Source: a virus. Taken from it: a DNA stretch of 64,000 bases. The notes beneath the pieces were generated by a model. That model worked only from the letters and a program-made list of their open reading frames with translations, had not been told where the DNA came from and searched no databases. Position 1 is the stretch's first letter; every line of letters starts with the position of its first letter. Of this stretch, positions 57,056 through 64,000 are shown piece by piece. The stretch covers positions 1,120 to 65,119 of the IMG/VR virus record IMGVR_UViG_3300036770_004060; one strand, given 5' to 3'. The translations under genes were made by a program, and so were the position numbers.

Positions 57056-57688
57056 ATGTTAAAAGTATGTAACTTATATTCAGGGTTAGGAGGCAATAGA
57101 CGTTTATGGGAAAATGTAGAAGTTACCGCCATTGAATACGATAATGACATTGCAAATGTTTATAAATCCTATTTTCCAAACGATGAAGTAATAGTTTGTG
57201 ATGCTCACGAATATCTCCTAAAAAACTACATGAATTTTGATTTTATTTGGAGTTCTCCTCCGTGTCCAAGCCATTCAGATATTAGAAGATGTGGTGTTCA
57301 TGCAGGACAATATGAAGCCTTATACCCCGAAATGTCCTTATATCAAGAAATAATACTTTTACAAAACTTCGCTCCTAAGAAAACAAAATTTGTTATTGAA
57401 AATGTTATACCGTATTATGAACCTCTTATTAAACCAACAGCAAAACTACATAGACACATATATTGGTCTAATTTTAAAATTAGTAATTTTGAAGTTACTA
57501 ATGACAGAAAACATGATAAAATTTCAGGGAGTTCCACTATTTACGGATTTAATATAAGCGGAACAAACATTAAAGAAAAAAGAAAGGTATTAAGAAATAT
57601 GGTTGACCCCGAACTAGGACTTCATATACTTAATTGCGCCCAAAATATTAAAGAAAAAAAAGAAGAAACCCAATTGCTTTTGTTTTAA
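57056..57688 (+). CDS. compact DNA (cytosine-5) methyltransferase
   Basis: Motif I NLYSGLGG, motif IV WSSPPC, motif VI VIENV, motif X LRNMV. Confidence 0.85.
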   Translation: MLKVCNLYSGLGGNRRLWENVEVTAIEYDNDIANVYKSYFPNDEVIVCDAHEYLLKNYMNFDFIWSSPPCPSHSDIRRCGVHAGQYEALYPEMSLYQEIILLQNFAPKKTKFVIENVIPYYEPLIKPTAKLHRHIYWSNFKISNFEVTNDRKHDKISGSSTIYGFNISGTNIKEKRKVLRNMVDPELGLHILNCAQNIKEKKEETQLLLF

Positions 57689-57689
57689 T

Positions 57690-57926
57690 ATGGAAAAGTT
57701 TACCTGCGACTTCAATAGATTTGACCTAGGAGAGCTTATCGAAATGGTAAGACTTAAAATGGAATTAAGTTCAGATGGATTTTCCTCTCTTTTAGGAATT
57801 AAAACAGCTACATTAATGAACGCAGAAGATGGTCTTAATACAAGTGTGTATTTAGTCCTAGACAAGATGATTAAACACCATAAGGTGAGTAATTATTTTA
57901 GTATTCAAGTAGAGTTCAAGATTTGA
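57690..57926 (+). CDS. XRE-like HTH protein (78 aa)
   Basis: LGELIEMVRLKMELSSDGFSSLLGIKTATLMNAEDG. Confidence 0.6.
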   Translation: MEKFTCDFNRFDLGELIEMVRLKMELSSDGFSSLLGIKTATLMNAEDGLNTSVYLVLDKMIKHHKVSNYFSIQVEFKI

Positions 57927-57984
57927 AATTTTACCTAAAATCAAACATTGAAAGAATATACTATATACTTGAAAAACAATGATA

Positions 57985-58012
57985 TATAAAGTCGTGTTTT
58001 TACGACTTTATA
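57985..58012. terminator. bidirectional terminator-like hairpin
   Basis: Perfect 11-bp arms TATAAAGTCGT/ACGACTTTATA between convergent genes. Confidence 0.7.
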
Positions 58013-58034
58013 GAAATAATTGAAGATGAAACAC

Positions 58035-58673
58035 TTACAAAAGTGTTGCCTTTGTAGGTATTACAGATTTATCCATATTTTCCTCAATGGCTATTCTAAC
58101 TATTTGGTCAATATCTGTTAGAACTCTCGTTAATAATTTTATACTATTATGTATTTTATCTCTCCTCTCTAGCTGTTCTTCACTTGCCGTTTCCCAGTCA
58201 GAAACTTTACAAGATTCTTTTATCCTTAAAGCAATACTAGATATTATTTTCGGGAAATCTCTAGTATTTGTACACCTTTGCCAAAGCGCAGCACTCATTT
58301 CTTTATAACTATCTCCAGAAATATTTCTATACTTTATTAGATTATCAAACAACCATTCATAAACCTCTATCTTTAGTTTTGGGCTAATGGCTAATGCAAT
58401 ATCAATAAACAATAATGGATGTACATAAGTATTTGACAATTTACCCCTTCCTTTTATTACACAAGAGCCAAATTTGTTGTTCAATTCATCTATAAAACTT
58501 ATAGTAGAAGAACTTTTTAAATATGCACTTAAATTAAATGGAGGAGCATTATTTTCATACCTCCACCTATTTCCTGATTTGACTAATTCAGTCGCACTAA
58601 AAAATTCACTTTTACTCATTTGACTTATTTCTTCTCCAAACAATAGTCTTTTCATTTTAACATTAGTTTTCAT
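58035..58673 (-). CDS. KilA-N domain DNA-binding protein (212 aa)
   Basis: EFFSATEL...FI.EL...GRGK..NTYVHPLLFIDIAL.ISPKLKIEVYEWL; promoter box on the minus strand at 58691-58698. Confidence 0.8.
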   Translation of the reverse strand: MKTNVKMKRLLFGEEISQMSKSEFFSATELVKSGNRWRYENNAPPFNLSAYLKSSSTISFIDELNNKFGSCVIKGRGKLSNTYVHPLLFIDIALAISPKLKIEVYEWLFDNLIKYRNISGDSYKEMSAALWQRCTNTRDFPKIISSIALRIKESCKVSDWETASEEQLERRDKIHNSIKLLTRVLTDIDQIVRIAIEENMDKSVIPTKATLL

Positions 58674-58809
58674 AATATCTACTTTTTGTACAAAAATATA
58701 ATATTATTCTTAATATATTACCATTTTGTGTAAAAATATAATATTTTGTTGATATTCAATCCCTGAAAAAACTAATTAAAAAAATAGTTAAATTTGAAGA
58801 AAAAACATC

Positions 58810-59133
58810 ATGGCACTTTATATAGATAATGGAACAACAATTGATGCTTCTTGGACTAAGCATATAGCAGTTTCACCTGACGGAGTAAACTGGTCTTTCT
58901 TTCCTAAGGCAAATACAACGGTAAGTGTAGTAGGAGTAAATTCAATACATAGTAGTTTGTTCCCAATAGCAAAAGGCACTAGATGGATAATAGAAATAAA
59001 AGATGCTTCCGAGGGAAGACTACACGTAAGATTTAATCCTAATGAAGTGGCTAATCAAGCTACATGGCTAGGGAATACTTCTACTGCCGCTAATCAAGCT
59101 GCTAGTGATATTACAGGATGGTTAGGGAGCTAA
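58810..59133 (+). CDS. putative small structural protein (107 aa)
   Basis: Own promoter TAAATTTG at 58789-58796; beta-rich; lies among tail-accessory genes. Confidence 0.45.
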   Translation: MALYIDNGTTIDASWTKHIAVSPDGVNWSFFPKANTTVSVVGVNSIHSSLFPIAKGTRWIIEIKDASEGRLHVRFNPNEVANQATWLGNTSTAANQAASDITGWLGS

Positions 59134-59135
59134 GT

Positions 59136-59594
59136 TTATAGTTCACTTCCGAATGTTCTTACCTTATACCATAATTTAATCAAAATTGTACCATTCCCTA
59201 GTGTAGGATTGGTTCCTCCATTTGTGAAGAAAAATATAGGTTCATTTAAATTTTTTGGTTCATTAATAGAAACTTCATCTGAAACGTTAATTAAATATGA
59301 AGAAATTGAAGAAACTTCAACAACCGAATTTACATCTCCGCTAATAAGATTAGGAGATATTATACTATTAGAAAAGTTTAAATAGTCATTTTCAAATGTG
59401 TATAAATCTTCACCAACACTAAACTCAAGAATCGCAACATATTGATAGTATGTATTTACTCCAGCAGCTGGTAATACAGCCAATGGGTTAGATCCAAGTT
59501 CTAATATCTGTTCACTAGAAAGAGGAACTTCTATATAAGAATAACCATTAGTTCCACTATACCCCCTTAACCCTCTTTTACACTTGCAACTCAT
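59136..59594 (-). CDS. putative structural beta-sandwich protein (152 aa)
   Basis: LSSEQIL.L...P..VLPA.G...YYQ...GNGTILIKLWY pattern seen in tail/capsid decoration domains. Confidence 0.45.
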   Translation of the reverse strand: MSCKCKRGLRGYSGTNGYSYIEVPLSSEQILELGSNPLAVLPAAGVNTYYQYVAILEFSVGEDLYTFENDYLNFSNSIISPNLISGDVNSVVEVSSISSYLINVSDEVSINEPKNLNEPIFFFTNGGTNPTLGNGTILIKLWYKVRTFGSEL

Positions 59595-59596
59595 AT

Positions 59597-60145
59597 CTAA
59601 AATTCTTTAATAATTAATCCACTTACTATCTTCTGAGGTTTTACTAATGCTATTATTTTTTCATAATCCTCATTTATATTACATACAAAACATCCAGCAC
59701 TCCACTCGCCAATTGTATATAATACTTTCTTAGAGCCTTTTAAGTACGTACTTCCATGAAACTGTGTTTGAATATTTGAATAAAATAATTCTCCTGTTTC
59801 ATCAGTTTTCTTGTCTCCGTTACTATCACGATAAAAGTAAAAAGGTTTATTCTGTCTTAAACACTCCATTTTGCCTTTATGTAGTCCGTAAATAAAACCA
59901 TTATAAAGCCACTGGTCAGATTTAACTACTGCACTCCCTCCTGTACCTTTATTGGTAGTACACGAAGTTACCATAACAAACTTTTCACTATTAAATAAGT
60001 AAACTTTGTCGTCAAATAAGTTATAAGAATCTTCTTGAGACCGAACAAACAATAGCCAATAATCACTAGGAATAGATTTAAACCCTTTAATGGTTTTTGC
60101 GTAATCTAATAACTGTTTGTCTTTATATGCTTTAACGTTTGTCAT
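59597..60145 (-). CDS. putative endolysin with L,D-transpeptidase-like catalytic motif (182 aa)
   Basis: FHGS-x16-WSAGC; flanked by holin-like genes. Confidence 0.65.
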   Translation of the reverse strand: MTNVKAYKDKQLLDYAKTIKGFKSIPSDYWLLFVRSQEDSYNLFDDKVYLFNSEKFVMVTSCTTNKGTGGSAVVKSDQWLYNGFIYGLHKGKMECLRQNKPFYFYRDSNGDKKTDETGELFYSNIQTQFHGSTYLKGSKKVLYTIGEWSAGCFVCNINEDYEKIIALVKPQKIVSGLIIKEF

Positions 60146-60507
60146 TTAAGACTGTCTTTAACGGAATTTATTTGTTTTTCAACGATTTTAAGTCTTTCTA
60201 GTAAATCAAGTTTATCCGCCTGATTGGTAGTGCTTATAATACTTTTTAATATTTCTTTTTTTTCGTTTTTAAGAACTTCTAGTTCATCTATATCCTCAAC
60301 AGAACCATCTCCTACTTTTAAGGCATGATGACCTGATTTAACACCAAAAAGTATTGTTCCTAGTGTTAATGCAACTATTCCTATTGGATTAGAAACTATA
60401 CCTGCTGCAAGTATTGTCGCACAAGTAACCCCAATAGCTGTAGATATTTGACCGCTAATTCTGTTTTTCTTTGATGTTTTGGCTTTTATTCTATCTATTA
60501 TTCTCAT
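60142..60507 (-). CDS. holin-like protein (two TM segments plus coiled coil)
   Basis: RIKAKTSKKNR..GQISTAIGVTCATILAAG...IVALTLGTILFG. Confidence 0.55.
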   Translation of the reverse strand: MRIIDRIKAKTSKKNRISGQISTAIGVTCATILAAGIVSNPIGIVALTLGTILFGVKSGHHALKVGDGSVEDIDELEVLKNEKKEILKSIISTTNQADKLDLLERLKIVEKQINSVKDSLK

Positions 60508-60516
60508 TATTTTATA

Positions 60517-60774
60517 TTAAAATGTTATTGCTGATAATTTTACTATTAATGATTTTAAGCCCATCAGAATCATTGAAACTATTGCCCCTGCAATAGTACC
60601 CCATGTTGCAGCCTTTGCTTTATAAATCTTTTCTCTAGTAAGAATTTCATTTACTGTTCTATCCACTCTATCAATCTTTTGTATAGCTCCCTCTTTACCT
60701 GTTTTATCGTCGTTTTCAAGTATATATAATATTCTCTTAACGTCATTTGTTACTTCTTTTAATTCTAAACTCAT
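60517..60774 (-). CDS. holin-like protein (coiled coil plus C-terminal TM)
   Basis: KAATWGTIAGAIVSMILMGL. Confidence 0.5.
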   Translation of the reverse strand: MSLELKEVTNDVKRILYILENDDKTGKEGAIQKIDRVDRTVNEILTREKIYKAKAATWGTIAGAIVSMILMGLKSLIVKLSAITF

Positions 60775-61223
60775 CTGAATAAATTTTTAATTGTTAAAAA
60801 AATCTTATTCATTATATGTTTAATAAATAATGTGGTTAAAAAACATATACCTCCAATAAATGTTTTAGGAAAAAATCTACCAACATAATAAAATAAACAC
60901 ATTCCGCCTAAAGCATATTCATTCCAAGAAATTATATGTTCATTACCTAATAAGTAGTCTATAAACTGATTCCATCCAAAACAAAGAAATACTTCTACAG
61001 TAAACAAATAAATATTTCTTACTAAACGATTAAAGATTAATTGCCTAATAAATCCTTTTTCTGCGGATAACTTAGTGAAAGCATGAAGCATTATAGATAG
61101 TCCCCATATAGCAAAAGATTGACCAAACTCAAAAGTGAGTTGCCCGAACCAATGCCATGAACTATAAAAAAATGTCCATAAAACAAGGGATAACGTAAAT
61201 AATATGACAACAATGTTTATCAC
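60771..61223 (-). CDS. multi-pass membrane protein (150 aa)
   Basis: About four hydrophobic segments, within the lysis cluster. Confidence 0.6.
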   Translation of the reverse strand: MINIVVILFTLSLVLWTFFYSSWHWFGQLTFEFGQSFAIWGLSIMLHAFTKLSAEKGFIRQLIFNRLVRNIYLFTVEVFLCFGWNQFIDYLLGNEHIISWNEYALGGMCLFYYVGRFFPKTFIGGICFLTTLFIKHIMNKIFLTIKNLFR

Positions 61224-61306
61224 TTACCGTAATTTCCTTTTTTCTTAACTGGTGGTTTCTTTGGTGGAGGCGTACCCCCTATCCCTTTTACTGATTTTGT
61301 TTTCAT
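61220..61306 (-). CDS. 28-aa Lys/Pro-rich peptide (not in ORF track)
   Basis: MKTKSVKGIGGTPPPKKPPVKKKGNYGK; its TGA overlaps the next GTG start. Confidence 0.55.
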   Translation of the reverse strand: MKTKSVKGIGGTPPPKKPPVKKKGNYGK

Positions 61307-61317
61307 AAGTATTTAAT

Positions 61318-61605
61318 TTATGTGTTTAATAAAGTCCTTATTTTAGTAAATAAATCATCTAAAGAAACAATAGCATTTCCGTCTATTGTTTCTATTATTA
61401 AGGCATTAAATTCATTAGCCTCGAAATGAATCAAAAAAACTGATTCAGTATCCTGAATCAAATATTCTATCCAATTTTCTTTTTTAGTTACATTAATTAT
61501 AGATTCTTTTCTTAAAAGAACATTATATATATTTAATGTATCAGAATAATCACCAAAATCAAAGTAAAGATAATTATTTTCATTTGTTATATTTATAAAT
61601 CCCAT
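61318..61605 (-). CDS. putative tail-accessory protein (95 aa)
   Basis: Operonic ORF in the tail-accessory cluster. Confidence 0.5.
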   Translation of the reverse strand: MGFINITNENNYLYFDFGDYSDTLNIYNVLLRKESIINVTKKENWIEYLIQDTESVFLIHFEANEFNALIIETIDGNAIVSLDDLFTKIRTLLNT

Positions 61606-61610
61606 AACTT

Positions 61611-61934
61611 TTAAACTAATTCTGAATATACAATTACAGATGTTGCAGATGATGTTCTTAAATTTAATTGCCCTGTATAATAATTTATTATTTGTGATTC
61701 ATGTTGTCCGATAGAAAATGTATAATTAGTTGTAGATGGAACTCCAGAACCAAATAATAAATAAACCCTAATATTTGTGGTATTTTCTATAATTAAATAT
61801 TTTCTATTAGAGTTACTTGGTATTGTTTGTGTTACAGATGAAGTAATAATTAAATTATTTGTCGTTGAACTGCTACTTTTATAATTCAATAATTCAAGTT
61901 GAACTAATAAAGAAGATAATGTGTAAAATTTCAT
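61611..61934 (-). CDS. putative tail-accessory protein (107 aa)
   Basis: NSNRKYLIIEN...YLLFG...YTG domain is paralogous to the C-terminus of 62549-63178. Confidence 0.55.
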   Translation of the reverse strand: MKFYTLSSLLVQLELLNYKSSSSTTNNLIITSSVTQTIPSNSNRKYLIIENTTNIRVYLLFGSGVPSTTNYTFSIGQHESQIINYYTGQLNLRTSSATSVIVYSELV

Positions 61935-61939
61935 TATAA

Positions 61940-62110
61940 TTATATTTGATTATAACCCTCTTTAATTGGATTGATTAATTCTACACCATCGTAAGATATA
62001 AATTCTTTTAATACTAAAATATCATCATCATCATAATAATAAATATTATACTTATCTATTATATCATCACCATTAATTAATGGTTCATGTTTTATTTCGT
62101 AAGTCTTCAT
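61940..62110 (-). CDS. small acidic protein (56 aa, not in ORF track)
   Basis: MKTYEIKHEPLINGDDII...; TAATG overlap with the upstream gene. Confidence 0.5.
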   Translation of the reverse strand: MKTYEIKHEPLINGDDIIDKYNIYYYDDDDILVLKEFISYDGVELINPIKEGYNQI

Positions 62111-62547
62111 TAGCTTATTATTTGTACATTAAATGACCCAATCCAGTTTGCAGGATTTGTTACAAATGCTGGTGCCTGTATTCTAATAGAATATTTATCA
62201 GTATTGTTTATCATAATAAATAAATCATTAAAAATAAAGTTTGTTATTGTACTTACTCCAAAATTACTTGTAAATGTACCTATTAATGTTGATATAGTTG
62301 TATCAACATTATATAGATAAATATTTACGGTTTCTCCACTTCCATTTGTAGATTGAGATAATTCAAAAGACACAGAAGTTATAAATCCATTTTTTAAAAA
62401 TCTAACTCTACGCCCTTGAGCTCCACCAGCAGAAACACCTAATGCCGCTACAATAGAACCACAATAGTAATCTGTAGAATCTGATGGTGATGTACTCAAA
62501 AATTGAAATTGATATACATCTGTTTGTCTTTTTATAAAATTCCCCAT
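62110..62547 (-). CDS. putative receptor-binding / tail tip beta-sandwich protein (145 aa)
   Basis: Ser/Thr/Gly-rich beta protein in the fibre cluster. Confidence 0.45.
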   Translation of the reverse strand: MGNFIKRQTDVYQFQFLSTSPSDSTDYYCGSIVAALGVSAGGAQGRRVRFLKNGFITSVSFELSQSTNGSGETVNIYLYNVDTTISTLIGTFTSNFGVSTITNFIFNDLFIMINNTDKYSIRIQAPAFVTNPANWIGSFNVQIIS

Positions 62548-62548
62548 A

Positions 62549-63178
62549 TTATAAAATTGTTATTTTAACCGATGTTGGTGAAGCGTTAGTAGATATTCCG
62601 TTTATATCACCAGTATATACTGTTTCCTCCCATCCTTCCATAATTCCTAGCAAAATAGAATAATCTGATGTTGTTGCTGTTAATCCAAATTTTACATATA
62701 ATGGATAAGGACCTTCATTAAATATAATTATTTTTTTTCTAGTAGGGCTATTTCCAGCTATAAATGAGCTAGTATTATTAATACTAACAGCACTTAAAGA
62801 AGCTGTTCCTGTTTTTTGTAAAATTAAATTATCATTCAAATAATTTTCTATATTAACTAGATTGGTGTTCACATCAACTAATTCGTCATCAATACTTCCA
62901 AGACTTAATAGTATATCCGCATCAGCATCTCCTGTTTCATTTTGTCTGAATCTTTGCCAATCATCATCAATATAAGGCGTTCCTGATTCATCTTGAATAT
63001 CATCTAAATCAATTTTATTGTTAGAATTAAAACCATCAATTCCTTTAAACAAGTAAAGTGTAGATGATGTTAAATCCCTATCAATTAACACATCTTTTTT
63101 AAGTGCTACTATTTCTTTGCTTGTGTCGTTATCAACAACATAAAACAAATTTCCTTTTGTATATACTTTATAACTCAT
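62549..63178 (-). CDS. putative tail fibre/accessory protein (209 aa)
   Basis: N-terminal domain, short coiled coil, C-terminal TRKKIIIFN...LYVKFG...YTG domain. Confidence 0.55.
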   Translation of the reverse strand: MSYKVYTKGNLFYVVDNDTSKEIVALKKDVLIDRDLTSSTLYLFKGIDGFNSNNKIDLDDIQDESGTPYIDDDWQRFRQNETGDADADILLSLGSIDDELVDVNTNLVNIENYLNDNLILQKTGTASLSAVSINNTSSFIAGNSPTRKKIIIFNEGPYPLYVKFGLTATTSDYSILLGIMEGWEETVYTGDINGISTNASPTSVKITIL

Positions 63179-63182
63179 AATT

Positions 63183-63863
63183 TTATGCTATTACTACTAT
63201 TCTTAATATTACATCTGTAGAACCTCCAGTTGTTGTTACCGAAATTAATCCAGTTGCATCATCTATTGTAATAGATGCTATTGAAGAAGAATCTCCTCTA
63301 GTCCATGTACCACTTGGTGATGGGTCATTCCCTTGAATCCAACATTCTATTGTTAAATCTGCGAAAGAAACAGCACCTCCTCCCTGTATGTTACCATCAG
63401 GAAGCCCACCAAAAGCATCTAATTCAGCTTTTGTTATTGTTGTAACATCTCCATCTAGAGTTGTTTCTACTTCTTTTACGTATTTAAAATAAACAGGATT
63501 TGCTTGTAGTTCAACTATATCCGCTTCAATAGCTGTTATATCACCCTCGATGGTAGTTATATCCCCCTCAATAGCTGTAATGTCCGATGCTACAGTATTT
63601 AAGTTAGTTATTATAGCGGTAACTATCTGCTGATAACTATAATCCCCAGCAGCTAAACCAATAGTGTTTGGCTCTGTTAAGGTAAAAACAAACTGGTCTA
63701 TTACTTCATCATTAATATACTGTTCGATTAAAGCCAGTACATCATTAAGAGTTGCGCCTTCAGGAACTACAATATTCTGAAACTCTCCATCAAAACAAGT
63801 TATGTCAGAGGTGCAATTAACCTCTAAACAATCACTACATCCATTACAATTTTCTGCACACAT
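63183..63863 (-). CDS. trimeric fibre-like structural protein (226 aa)
   Basis: Cys-rich N-terminus (MCAENCNGCSDC); heptad repeats DITAIEG-DITTIEG-DITAIEA. Confidence 0.6.
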   Translation of the reverse strand: MCAENCNGCSDCLEVNCTSDITCFDGEFQNIVVPEGATLNDVLALIEQYINDEVIDQFVFTLTEPNTIGLAAGDYSYQQIVTAIITNLNTVASDITAIEGDITTIEGDITAIEADIVELQANPVYFKYVKEVETTLDGDVTTITKAELDAFGGLPDGNIQGGGAVSFADLTIECWIQGNDPSPSGTWTRGDSSSIASITIDDATGLISVTTTGGSTDVILRIVVIA

Positions 63864-63865
63864 AA

Positions 63866-64000
63866 TTATTTATATTGAATAATAATTTTATTAAACTCTT
63901 TTTGGTCAATAGTGTATTTAGCTCCCTCTTTTGCTAATCCTAAAGATTCAACTATCAAATTAATGTCTTCACCTATTCTTTTTTCTATGTTTGCTCTTTG
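63866..64000 (-). CDS. 3' end of a gene that starts beyond the window
   Basis: Open frame QRANIEKRIGED...IIIQYK* ending just before the next ATG. Confidence 0.55.
   Translation of the reverse strand, partial: QRANIEKRIGEDINLIVESLGLAKEGAKYTIDQKEFNKIIIQYK

Noticed and set aside
58810-64000. Diversity-generating retroelement acting on tail-tip genes
   Set aside because: No reverse transcriptase and no template/variable repeat pair differing at adenines seen.

Overview
Part of a low-GC dsDNA tailed phage genome (roughly 30% GC by eye), probably infecting Bacteroidota. Host evidence: TAnnTTTG -7 promoters, A-rich starts without Shine-Dalgarno, and DUF3127- and DUF6291-type genes. Leftward podovirus-type virion module resembling crAss-like phages (846-37774): three ejection/cargo proteins (2939, 730, 260 aa), a 1507-aa tail nozzle, three ring/adaptor proteins, major capsid, scaffold, portal, auxiliary capsid protein and large terminase. 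It is interrupted by an antisense KilA-N/endonuclease gene and by a 5-kb rightward island encoding a minimal histidyl-tRNA-synthetase catalytic core and a Rieske-motif protein. A 1.07-kb non-coding divergence point (37775-38843) carries direct repeats, a C-rich tract and a near-canonical parS palindrome. The rightward early/replication arm (38844-57926) has small ORFs separated by attC-like hairpin repeats, two DNA methyltransferases, RtcB, a lambdoid-type initiator plus helicase, ERF, NinB-like, PD-(D/E)XK and SSB genes, and a miniature IS200/IS605 (tnpB) remnant. Leftward lysis and tail-accessory genes follow (59136-64000). Most notable: the mini-HisRS (with RtcB and a tRNA-like RNA), the parS site, the attC-like repeats, TTAG heptamer arrays at late-gene junctions, and promoter-terminator sRNA/attenuator units. 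All protein family calls come from motif recognition, not database searches.
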